A DNA stretch of 32,000 nucleotides from Candidatus Saccharimonadota bacterium (lineage in GTDB: Bacteria; Patescibacteriota; Saccharimonadia; Saccharimonadales; UBA4665): NCBI GenBank assembly GCA_002952755.1, contig CP025011.1, positions 1,350,001 to 1,382,000 on the forward strand, written 5' to 3'. Both the position numbers and the translations under genes were made by a program. Positions 8,650 through 16,442 of the stretch are shown piece by piece. A model generated the notes under the pieces. The model was given only the letters and a program-made list of their open reading frames with translations. It was not told the DNA's origin and did no database searches. Positions within the stretch are counted from its first letter, which is position 1, and the number at the start of each line of letters is the position of its first letter.

Positions 8650-8872
8650 GGCTCAGCACCTCACGGACTGCGCCAGTAGCTTGTCGCAAGGAGTACGCGA
8701 GCGTTATAACTGCGAGTGCGTACTCCCATAAACTACCACTATTAATGGCCAAGCTGGCAGCCAGATAAGTTGCGGCCAGAGACAACGCTGTGAGCAGCGC
8801 CATCCCCACCGGACGCTTCCAAAAGGAAGCCTTACTTGTCTGTGCTTTGTTTGCTTTCATCTTTAAGCTCAC
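8642..8872 (-). CDS. small predicted two-TM membrane protein (start uncertain; alternative ATG at 8803)
   Basis: 76-aa ORF with two hydrophobic stretches (MALLTALSLAATYLAASLAI and WEYALAVITLAYSL). It overlaps the pnp 3' end by 41 nt from the first start, and the udg start by 8 nt. Starting at 8803 removes the pnp overlap. Confidence 0.35.
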   Translation of the reverse strand: MSLKMKANKAQTSKASFWKRPVGMALLTALSLAATYLAASLAINSGSLWEYALAVITLAYSLRQATGAVREVLSRG

Positions 8873-10988
8873 GCGCGGCCGCTTTCATACTGAGTTGCAG
8901 CCTGCCACGATCGTCAATAGCTACTAGCTTAACGGTTACTTTGTCGCCCTCTTTTACCACATCACTGGGCTTTTCGACACGCTCTTCGCGCATTTCGGAC
9001 ACGTGCACCAGGCCGTCTTTGCCAGGCAGAATCTGCACAAAGGCACCAAAATCCATAACGCTCACTACTGGCTTATCGTAGTAGATGGTGCCCACCGCCG
9101 GGTCTTCGGTCATGCCCTTAATCCACTCGATAGCTTTCTGAATACTCGCACCATCAGGGCTAGCAATCATCACGGTGCCATCGTCTTTAATGTCGATTTC
9201 GGTGCCGGTTTCGGCGGTAATGCGCTGAATCATTTCCCCGCCCTTGCCGATTACTTCACGGATCTTATCCGGATTAATGGTAATCGCCTCGACGTGCGGA
9301 GCGTAGGGACTGAGTTCTTTACGGGGCTCGGCAATGGTGGTGAGCATGTGCTCTAGGATGTACGCCTTGCCTTCCTTACCCTGCAGCAGCGCTTTGGTAA
9401 GTGTCTCAACCGACAGACCGTGCACCTTCATGTCCATTTGGAGGGCAGTAATGCCTTTGGCCGTGCCAGCAGTCTTAAAGTCCATATCGCCGGCAAAGTC
9501 TTCAGCGTCGGCGATATCGCTTAAGATAATATTTTGCTTGCCGTCGGTCATTAAGCCCATGGCAATACCGCTGACCGGTGCGGTAAGTGGTACGCCCGCG
9601 TCCATCAATGCCAAGCAGCTGCTGCAGGTAGCGGCCATAGACGTTGAACCATTTTGGCTCATGATCTCAGTGACCGAGCGAATAGCGTACGGAAATACCT
9701 CTTCGGACGGAAGGACTGGGAGCAGTGCACGCTCAGCCAGTGCCGAGTGGCCGATTTCGCGGCGACCCGGGGAACCTAAACGCTTGATCTCGCCGACAGT
9801 ATAGCCAGGGGCGTTGTAGTGATGCATGTAGCGCTTTTCTTCGTTGCGCTCCATGGTATCAACAAGCTGCGCGTAGCTGAGAGGAGCGAGGGTAACGATA
9901 TTCAGCCCTTGCGTCAGGCCACGGGTAAATAAGCTGGAGCCATGAGCGCGTGGCAATATGCCGACTTCGCTGGAAAGCGGACGAATTTCGGTAAAACCCC
10001 GGCCATCTGGACGTACACCATCTACTAAAATCCCTTTGCGGACATCTTTGTTAGCGGCACTAGCGAAAGCGTCTTCGTAGTCGCGCTTCACACTCTCCCA
10101 CCCGTCGCCGAGGTCTTCAGCAAAATGCGCAAGCATACTAAGGCGCAACTCGTGCATACGTTGGTGGCGCTCCGCCATTGGCGCGCGCAACTTTTCGCCC
10201 ATTTTGCCGTCTAGGAAGGCGTCGACTGCCTTTTGGATGTCTTCACTCGGCAAGCTCAATGTGTATTCTTTAGCAATAACGCCTGCTTTTTCGACCAACT
10301 CTTTTTGTAGCCTAATAGCGGGCTGCATGGCTTGGTGAGCCCACGTCAGCGCCTCGGCAATCTGTTCTTCAGAAACTTCGTTGGCGCCAGCCTCAACCAT
10401 CATGATGGCCGCCTCAGTACCCGCAACAACTAAGTCAAGGTCGTTGGTTTTAGCGTCTTCGAGCGACATAAAGGCTATAGGCTTGCCATCTTTGAGACCC
10501 ACGCGGATCCCTGCTACCGGCCCTTCAAATGGTGCACCGGTCAACATAAAGGCGGCACTCATGGCGATCATGGCGATCATGTCAGGACGGAAGGCTGGGT
10601 CGGTGCTGAGCACGCTGGCGACACCTTGCACTTCATGCCGATAGCCCTTGGGCCACAGCGGACGAATGGGCCGATCGATGAGGCGGCCGATGAGGATGGC
10701 CTCGTCACTGGGGCGGCCTTCGCGTTTAATAAAGCGGCTGCCACTGATCTTACCTGCAGCGTAAAACTTTTCCTCGTAATCGATGCTTAAGGGGAAATAA
10801 TCAAAGCCAGTGATTGCCTGGTCGCTGACCATAGCCGTACCGAGCACTACTGTTTCGCCGTAGCGAACAATAACCGAAGCTGAGGTACGAAAACCTACGC
10901 GGTTAATCTCGAGGCTCAAAGTGCGACCGCAGAAATCGGTTTCTACTTTTATGATATCTTTGCCGTACGGGTTGATTGTCTGTCCCAT
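8832..10988 (-). CDS. pnp: polyribonucleotide nucleotidyltransferase (PNPase)
   Basis: 718 aa with two RNase PH-like domains followed by KH (IREVIGKGGEMI) and S1 (VMDFGAFVQILPGKDGLVHVSE) domains. Lies downstream of rpsO as in most bacteria. Confidence 0.95.
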   Translation of the reverse strand: MGQTINPYGKDIIKVETDFCGRTLSLEINRVGFRTSASVIVRYGETVVLGTAMVSDQAITGFDYFPLSIDYEEKFYAAGKISGSRFIKREGRPSDEAILIGRLIDRPIRPLWPKGYRHEVQGVASVLSTDPAFRPDMIAMIAMSAAFMLTGAPFEGPVAGIRVGLKDGKPIAFMSLEDAKTNDLDLVVAGTEAAIMMVEAGANEVSEEQIAEALTWAHQAMQPAIRLQKELVEKAGVIAKEYTLSLPSEDIQKAVDAFLDGKMGEKLRAPMAERHQRMHELRLSMLAHFAEDLGDGWESVKRDYEDAFASAANKDVRKGILVDGVRPDGRGFTEIRPLSSEVGILPRAHGSSLFTRGLTQGLNIVTLAPLSYAQLVDTMERNEEKRYMHHYNAPGYTVGEIKRLGSPGRREIGHSALAERALLPVLPSEEVFPYAIRSVTEIMSQNGSTSMAATCSSCLALMDAGVPLTAPVSGIAMGLMTDGKQNIILSDIADAEDFAGDMDFKTAGTAKGITALQMDMKVHGLSVETLTKALLQGKEGKAYILEHMLTTIAEPRKELSPYAPHVEAITINPDKIREVIGKGGEMIQRITAETGTEIDIKDDGTVMIASPDGASIQKAIEWIKGMTEDPAVGTIYYDKPVVSVMDFGAFVQILPGKDGLVHVSEMREERVEKPSDVVKEGDKVTVKLVAIDDRGRLQLSMKAAARELKDESKQSTDK

Positions 10989-11125
10989 CTGTCGTTCTCA
11001 TCTTTCTTTAGATTCGGTAGAACGGGCACAGTGCAAATATACGCCACCCTTGTGCTCCCGGCGCGGTATATCTGGCCTCTGCCCGCTATTACCCACGAAT
11101 CTAGTGTTTAATGTGCACAAGCTTG

Positions 11126-11148
11126 GGGCCTCGGAGATTCCAAGACCC
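11126..11148 (-). other. strand-specific stem-loop in the rpsO-pnp intergenic region
   Basis: Minus-strand RNA GGGUCUUGG-AAUCU-CCGAGGCCC forms 9 pairs including 2 G.U. The G.U pairs become C-A mismatches on the plus strand. Confidence 0.3.
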
Positions 11149-11162
11149 ATAGTCTATGCATC

Positions 11163-11429
11163 TTAACGGCGAATACCAAGCTTGGCAATAGTGTCGAGGT
11201 ACGCCTGACCGTCTTGAGCCGCCAGGTACTTAAGTGCACGCTTGCGCTTACCAACCAGTTGCAAGAGGCCACGGCGAGCAGCAAAGTCTTTTTTGTTGAC
11301 TTTGAGGTGCTCGGTTAGCTCCTTGATACGCTCAGTAAAAATGCCGGCTTGTACAGCGGCCGAACCAGTGTCGTTTTTTTTGGTCTGCAGGGTAGCAACG
11401 ACACCCTGCTTTTTCTCACTTGAAATCAT
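11163..11429 (-). CDS. rpsO: 30S ribosomal protein S15
   Basis: 88 aa from the ATG at 11429, matching S15 length and motifs (DTGS..VQ, H.KD..RRGLL..V.KR..L..YL, LGIRR). The longer 101-aa ORF start is less likely. Confidence 0.9.
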   Translation of the reverse strand: MISSEKKQGVVATLQTKKNDTGSAAVQAGIFTERIKELTEHLKVNKKDFAARRGLLQLVGKRKRALKYLAAQDGQAYLDTIAKLGIRR

Positions 11430-11477
11430 ACTAGCCAGGATTATATCAGATGAGGTGAACGCATGCAAGGCCCGGTC

Positions 11478-12173
11478 CTAGCGCTCGCGCAGCGCCCGTA
11501 GCAGCGCTTCCGGCTCGAGCCGATCCACGGTAACTGCGTCTTTGATATTAAACGGGCCAACCTGCGTGCGGCGGAGTGCTGCCATATATGCGCCGGTGTC
11601 CAGCGCCTTACCAATATCTTCGGCAAGTGAACGGATATACGTCCCACTTGAGACAGAAACGATGCAGTGTACATCGGGATAGTTGTAGGCCTGGAGCTGT
11701 AAGCTATAGATATGCGCTGGGCGAGGCTGCATCTGCGGTGTCTCGCCTCTGCGGGCCAAGTCGTATGCCCGACGGCCATTGATCTTGATAGCTGAATACA
11801 CTGGCGGCGTCTGCATAATGTCTCCCTCAAAACGCTGCAGTGCAGCCTGCAGTACTGCACGCGTTGGCTTATGGTCGGACACAAAGGTCTTTTCACCCTC
11901 TTCGTCACCAGTGGTACTCGTTTGACCCAGCCGCATCAGTACTCCGTACGTTTTATCAAGCTTGGTATATTCGGGCACCTTTTTTGTGTACGTGCCGCAC
12001 ATCAGCACCAGTAGACCAGTCGCTAGAGGATCGAGCGTGCCCGTATGGCCTACTGGAAAACGTTTTTTATTCGTAGTGTTAAGACCGTTCTGCTCGATAA
12101 TGCGGCGCACCTTATTGACAACGTCAAATGACGTCCAACCGCTGGGCTTATCAATTAATAGGATACCGTTCAT
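11478..12173 (-). CDS. truB: tRNA pseudouridine(55) synthase TruB
   Basis: NGILLIDKP.GWTS..VV and the catalytic-Asp motif GHTGTLDPLATGLL. Conserved truB-rpsO-pnp order. Confidence 0.9.
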   Translation of the reverse strand: MNGILLIDKPSGWTSFDVVNKVRRIIEQNGLNTTNKKRFPVGHTGTLDPLATGLLVLMCGTYTKKVPEYTKLDKTYGVLMRLGQTSTTGDEEGEKTFVSDHKPTRAVLQAALQRFEGDIMQTPPVYSAIKINGRRAYDLARRGETPQMQPRPAHIYSLQLQAYNYPDVHCIVSVSSGTYIRSLAEDIGKALDTGAYMAALRRTQVGPFNIKDAVTVDRLEPEALLRALRER

Positions 12174-12203
12174 CGTTCTTAGGATACGGTGAACAGAGAA
12201 AAA

Positions 12204-14231
12204 CTAAAAGCCTGGAGTGCCTGGCATCATGGGCGGAGGCACGGGAGGTGGAGGCACCAGACCGTTCGGCATCCCACCTGGTAGTGTCGAAGGCTCGACA
12301 ACCGATGGCGTGATACCACCAGCTGCTAACGGCGTAACGGCTGCAGGTTCAGAGGCTAGTGTAGGAGGCTGCGGGTCGTGCAACGGCGCACCAAGTGGTT
12401 GGGCGTTGAGCGCGACAATCGGCTCGGTAGGCTGAGCCGATGCATTACCTGCTATTGCATCCATAACCGCCTGGCGGGCGCTTTCGAGATCAGGACTGGC
12501 GGCCGGGTTATCGGCGGATGACGGAGTTGCCGTGGGCGCCGGAGGCGTTACGGGGGCAGTCGGAAAGGTTGGCGCCTGGAACGAAGGTTCTGGAGTGGGA
12601 GGCGCCGGTTGCGTTGTTTGAAGGTGTGGACTGTTAAGATCCTGTTCTATTTCGCTCAGCGTCTCGCTACTAGGTGGAGTTGCCGTGGGCGCCGGAGGCG
12701 TAGATGGCATTGATGGCTGTGGTGTCGGAGCAAGCTGCCACACCGGGAGCGAGGTAGGTTCGGGCAGCGGCATTGGAGGCGACAAAGGTTGCGATGCAGC
12801 AGGTGGAGTGGACGGCAATGTCAGACTAGGTGCCTGCGATGGGGGCATTATAGGTTCGGGCGGTTGGAAGGTTGGCTGTTGGAGCGTGGACATCGACGGT
12901 TGCACAGTTAGCGGGGCTGGCGCGTACGGATTTGCGGGCGTAGTGGTGGGCATGACTGGACTCGGCTGAGTCCATGATGGGCTCACTACCGGCGCAGGTG
13001 CAGGCGGCGCAAAGGACGACGGATCTGAGTTTAGAGAACCCTGCGCCGATGGCGATAAAGTTGGGCTACCAGATGGCGCTTCGCGGTCTTCAGGGCTCTG
13101 CAAACCACTAGCGCTCAATTCCCCACCCAGTGAAGGAGGCTGCAAAATCATATGACCACTCCCCATATGCTCCGTAGGATCAATGCTCCCCTTTGCGTTA
13201 TCCTCGTGCTCAGGCAACGGTTGCGGAGGGGCTGATTCATGCTCAGTCAGGCTGCGTAGAGAACCTTCATTGTCGATGTGGATCTGCGGGGTTGGTGTTT
13301 CCGAAGTTTGCTCGGGTTCTGGCTCGGGGGCGGGTGGCAACGGACTATCGTTCGGGCGATCTTGGCCGTCATGATCAATTTCTAACGTGCCATCTTCTGC
13401 ATGAGGGGGCTCATCGGTTACGTCGGACCTGTCCGCATGCTCCTGATTATTGCCATCGATAGCGATCTTCGGCGGCTGCGCGGCAGGCTTTGGTGGTTCA
13501 TCGAGCTTGGTCGCCACCAATTGCTGATTGGCACCGGCGGTCATAAGTTCAGCACTAATCGTCATCGTCGTAGGCGATGTCTTGTCATTACTAAAACGAT
13601 TGGTTTCTGACACGATTCCGGTTAGTAGGGCCGTGGCCATCTGGCCGTCCATAAGATTTTTATCGATGGCATCAACAAGTTCGGTAGCTAGCTCAGACAA
13701 ACTGCTGGCATTGGTATCCAGCCAATTCATAGTACCCAGGTCGCCACCCGGTTTTATGTTGAGCGTGGCCACCACTGCATCGTGCAAAATGCGGCCGTGT
13801 GCCGTAATGGCTTGGTCGAGCTCTTGCTGGCTATGCACCCCGATGGCGAGTACGACATCAACATTAAAATCGCCCTGGGAGAACTCCAGATCTTTCTCGT
13901 TAATAGAGGTACGATATGGGGTGATAAAAATTTTGACGACTTTGTCCTCTACCTTATAGCGCAGTTTGTCGGCCTTGGACTTATCGAGTGCGATAATAAA
14001 ATCGCGCAGACTATCGGTGTTTTTTTCGATAGTTTTTTCCGGTGACAAAAATTCGATGGTACTCGGGACGCTACCACTAAAAACAGCCGTAGCATGCTTA
14101 TCGAGTTTATTGAGTGCTAAGGTCAGTCCGATGCATGATGCCAGTTGGTCCACCGAGGGATTATTACTGACGGTAACTAAAATATTAGTGGCTTGCTTGA
14201 GGCGATCGGCGATTGCTGTTTTTTGATCCAT
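12204..14231 (-). CDS. DHH-like domain protein with degenerate catalytic motifs and a long Pro-rich C-terminal tail
   Basis: The N-terminal 245 aa or so align by eye to NrnA-type DHH domains (ILVTVSNNPSVDQLAS, IIALDKS, GIVSETNRFS), but DHH is replaced by VHS and no GGGH/DHHA1 segment is seen. The remaining 430 aa or so are P/S/T/A/Q-rich. Confidence 0.7.
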   Translation of the reverse strand: MDQKTAIADRLKQATNILVTVSNNPSVDQLASCIGLTLALNKLDKHATAVFSGSVPSTIEFLSPEKTIEKNTDSLRDFIIALDKSKADKLRYKVEDKVVKIFITPYRTSINEKDLEFSQGDFNVDVVLAIGVHSQQELDQAITAHGRILHDAVVATLNIKPGGDLGTMNWLDTNASSLSELATELVDAIDKNLMDGQMATALLTGIVSETNRFSNDKTSPTTMTISAELMTAGANQQLVATKLDEPPKPAAQPPKIAIDGNNQEHADRSDVTDEPPHAEDGTLEIDHDGQDRPNDSPLPPAPEPEPEQTSETPTPQIHIDNEGSLRSLTEHESAPPQPLPEHEDNAKGSIDPTEHMGSGHMILQPPSLGGELSASGLQSPEDREAPSGSPTLSPSAQGSLNSDPSSFAPPAPAPVVSPSWTQPSPVMPTTTPANPYAPAPLTVQPSMSTLQQPTFQPPEPIMPPSQAPSLTLPSTPPAASQPLSPPMPLPEPTSLPVWQLAPTPQPSMPSTPPAPTATPPSSETLSEIEQDLNSPHLQTTQPAPPTPEPSFQAPTFPTAPVTPPAPTATPSSADNPAASPDLESARQAVMDAIAGNASAQPTEPIVALNAQPLGAPLHDPQPPTLASEPAAVTPLAAGGITPSVVEPSTLPGGMPNGLVPPPPVPPPMMPGTPGF
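12523..12701. repeat. 26-nt perfect direct repeat inside the Pro-rich coding tail
   Basis: GGAGTTGCCGTGGGCGCCGGAGGCGT occurs at 12523-12548 and 12676-12701, 153 nt (51 codons) apart, encoding TPPAPTATP twice. Confidence 0.85.
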
Positions 14232-14319
14232 ATTTTTGTCTTTTACCTCTGTACGGTCAGCGTATCACATAAGCATAAGCTTGCCAACTATATTTATCTC
14301 CTGTGCCGAGTGGCGCACC

Positions 14320-14348
14320 TTTACAAAGTGTTCGACCTCTTGTATATT
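14320..14348 (+). promoter_or_regulatory. putative promoter of rpsT
   Basis: TTTACA (14320-14325), 17-nt spacer, TATATT (14343-14348), 37 nt upstream of the rpsT ATG. Confidence 0.4.
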
Positions 14349-14385
14349 AAACTCTGACAATTTAACAACAAAGGTATCACGTTAC

Positions 14386-14727
14386 ATGCCCATCATTAAG
14401 TCAGCAAAAAAGCGTGTACGCGTCAGCAACAAAGCTGCCGTACGCAACAGTAAAACCAAGCGTAGTCTTAAGAGTGCTTTGAAGGCTTTTCAGGGCGCAC
14501 TAGGCAGTGGCGCTAAGGATACGAAGAAGCTGGAGAGCAAGGCAGTAAGTGCGATCGACGTCGCCGCCAAAAAAGGTGTGATGCACAAGAACAAAGCCGC
14601 TCGCAAGAAGAGCCAGCTAGCCCGTGCCAGCAAAGCTGCAGCAGGCAGCACCGCCAAGCCAGCCGCTAAGAAGACGGTTGCCAAAAAGGCGCCAGCAACC
14701 AAAAAAGCTCCTGCCAAGAAAAAGTAG
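14386..14727 (+). CDS. rpsT: 30S ribosomal protein S20
   Basis: MPIIKSAKKRVR N-terminus typical of S20. The ATG at 14386 is preferred over the 163-aa ORF start. Carries an extra Lys/Ala/Pro-rich C-terminal tail. Confidence 0.85.
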   Translation: MPIIKSAKKRVRVSNKAAVRNSKTKRSLKSALKAFQGALGSGAKDTKKLESKAVSAIDVAAKKGVMHKNKAARKKSQLARASKAAAGSTAKPAAKKTVAKKAPATKKAPAKKK

Positions 14728-14744
14728 CAACGCAGGTCGTTGCA

Positions 14745-14772
14745 AAAAACCGCGGACCACTTCGCGGTTTTT
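14745..14772. terminator. bidirectional rho-independent terminator between convergent rpsT and holA
   Basis: AAAAACCGCG (14745-14754), 8-nt loop, CGCGGTTTTT (14763-14772). The A-tract before and T-tract after mean either strand reads as a hairpin followed by a U-run. Confidence 0.6.
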
Positions 14773-14790
14773 TGTTGCAGGTGCATTGAG

Positions 14791-14890
14791 GGCAACTATT
14801 CCATCCTCCAATAGAGCGTTACACGCAGGCCGACTAAAAGTCGGTCTGGTTGCACTACGCTTGACTCTATTGGAGGATGGAATAGTTGCC
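14791..14890. repeat. 100-nt element bounded by a perfect 26-bp inverted repeat
   Basis: GGCAACTATTCCATCCTCCAATAGAG (14791-14816) is the exact reverse complement of 14865-14890. The 48-nt spacer holds a nested hairpin, CCGACT-AAA-AGTCGG (14830-14844). Confidence refers to the existence of the repeat, not to a function. Confidence 0.9.
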
Positions 14891-14900
14891 TGCTGCAAAT

Positions 14901-15815
14901 CTATATGCTGAGTAAATACCACTGCAGCGCTTCATCAGCATCCATAGTCTTTGTTTTAAGATTAAGATCGAGCTGCAGCAAATCATGTATCAGCTTTTTG
15001 AGTCTCTCTAGGCTAATCTCCCTCGCCAGGCTTTGTGTCTTGCGCACCACATAGGGATTCACCTTGCCTTCCTTGGCAATAGCTTCTGTCGAGCGGTGAT
15101 CGGCAGTTTTAACTAGTGCCAGCGCATGTAACTGCCACCCGAGCATAGCGATAATTGCTTGTGGCTCTACCTTCAGTGCACGCTGCTCATGGTACAAGCC
15201 AAAAGTTTTAGTTTTATTACCGCCAAAAGCAGCATCAAGCAATTCAAAGACAGTGCTTTGCGGCATAGGGTTGGTCAGCAACTCGATCGACTTGCGGCTG
15301 ATCTGCAAGTCATAGCTAAGCAGCTTGTTGAGCTCTTGCTGGATCATTTGCTGATTTGCCCCTACCCTATCAATGAGCAATCGAGCGTCGCCGGACGCTA
15401 GCGTACCGCCAGCGACTTTTACATACTCTGAAGCCCAGCGCGTCAGACCATTGGCATCGAGATCGGCAAAGTCGCGGAAGTCGGTGTTTTTTTTGAGAAC
15501 TTTATAATAACTGAGGCGCTTATCCAGTTTGGGCTCGATGATGATCAAATCGGTCGAGTCAGCCACACTCTTGAGCACATCGCTTATCTGCTCTGCCCAG
15601 GCCTTCTGTTTGCCTGGCTCCTGGAGCAAAACCAGCTTGCGGTCGGTTAAAAACGGCAGGCTCGTTACGCTCTCGCGCATGCGTGCGGCACTAGCCTCAT
15701 CACCGTCAAAACGCTCCACCGCCATATCGCCGTGCTCGGCAATAAATGCCCCTGTTAGCTTTTTGAGCTCGCTCAGACGCGCAAAATCATTTGCTCCTGT
15801 GACCGTCACAACCAT
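14901..15815 (-). CDS. holA: DNA polymerase III subunit delta
   Basis: 304 aa, with HolA-like length and N-terminal pattern. Adjacent to rpsT, an arrangement also seen in Firmicutes. The call rests on weak family resemblance and context. Confidence 0.7.
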   Translation of the reverse strand: MVVTVTGANDFARLSELKKLTGAFIAEHGDMAVERFDGDEASAARMRESVTSLPFLTDRKLVLLQEPGKQKAWAEQISDVLKSVADSTDLIIIEPKLDKRLSYYKVLKKNTDFRDFADLDANGLTRWASEYVKVAGGTLASGDARLLIDRVGANQQMIQQELNKLLSYDLQISRKSIELLTNPMPQSTVFELLDAAFGGNKTKTFGLYHEQRALKVEPQAIIAMLGWQLHALALVKTADHRSTEAIAKEGKVNPYVVRKTQSLAREISLERLKKLIHDLLQLDLNLKTKTMDADEALQWYLLSI

Positions 15816-15841
15816 GGTAATAGATATGATATCATTGGCAC

Positions 15842-16441
15842 ATGGATTTTGGCCGTGATATTGACTTTATATATGAGCTGGGTGCGCTACGCTTTATTGA
15901 CCGCGCCTGGAAACATTTCTTGAACGCCGACTTTGCCAATAACACCGAACACCTGTTTCGGGTAACCTGGATTGCCCTCATAATTGCTAAGCACGAAGAT
16001 GTTACTAACGTCGAAAAAATCATGAAGATGGCCATTGCGCACGACATCGCCGAGAGCCGTACCGGGGATGTCGACTATCTCAGCCGCCAGTATGTGACCC
16101 GCGATGAGAACATGGGTTTGCGCGACATGCTGGAAGGCACCGCACTTGAGGCAGAGATGAAAGAGCTTATGCATGAGTACGAGGAGCGGAAGAGCATCGA
16201 ATCGAAGATCGTGAAGGATGCCGATAATTTGGATGTCGACTTTGAGCTACGCGAGCAGGCCTTTCGCGGTCATCGACTGGGCGAGCAATGGACCGACATG
16301 CGCGCGCGAGTGCATGCCGAAAGGCTCTATACCAAAACCGCCAAAAAGATGGCTGCAGCGCTCAAAGATAGTAATCCGCATAACTGGCACCTAAGCAGCA
16401 GTCGCAACCGGGTAAATGGAGGCGACTGGAAAAAGAAATAA
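15842..16441 (+). CDS. HD-domain phosphohydrolase (YfbR-like 5'-nucleotidase type)
   Basis: NNTEH...AIAHDIAESRTGD...KDADNLD gives the H..HD..D metal-binding pattern of the HD superfamily. Confidence 0.75.
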   Translation: MDFGRDIDFIYELGALRFIDRAWKHFLNADFANNTEHLFRVTWIALIIAKHEDVTNVEKIMKMAIAHDIAESRTGDVDYLSRQYVTRDENMGLRDMLEGTALEAEMKELMHEYEERKSIESKIVKDADNLDVDFELREQAFRGHRLGEQWTDMRARVHAERLYTKTAKKMAAALKDSNPHNWHLSSSRNRVNGGDWKKK

Positions 16442-16442
16442 G

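Noticed and set aside
11441-11908. 155-aa minus-strand ORF overlapping truB and the rpsO upstream region
   Set aside because: It is out of frame with the clearly conserved truB and has Arg/Cys/Ser-rich composition. The truB frame carries the catalytic motif.
12204-13496. Repetitive DNA that might have been a CRISPR array or tandem-repeat locus
   Set aside because: There is only one 26-nt exact repeat pair and no regular repeat-spacer periodicity. The region is one continuous ORF encoding Pro-rich protein.
12217-13959. Multiple Gly-rich plus-strand ORFs opposite the proline-rich tail
   Set aside because: They are mirror images of the CCN proline codons (GGN on the opposite strand). The minus-strand frame is continuous with the DHH-like domain.
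14236-14385. 50-codon N-terminal extension of the rpsT ORF
   Set aside because: The S20 signature MPIIKSAKKR starts at 14386, and a promoter-like TTTACA-17-TATATT lies inside the putative extension.
14490-14922. Three 95-101-aa ORFs across the rpsT tail, the terminator and the inverted-repeat element
   Set aside because: They run through a terminator hairpin and a perfect palindrome, which automatically yields open frames on both strands. No start context supports them.
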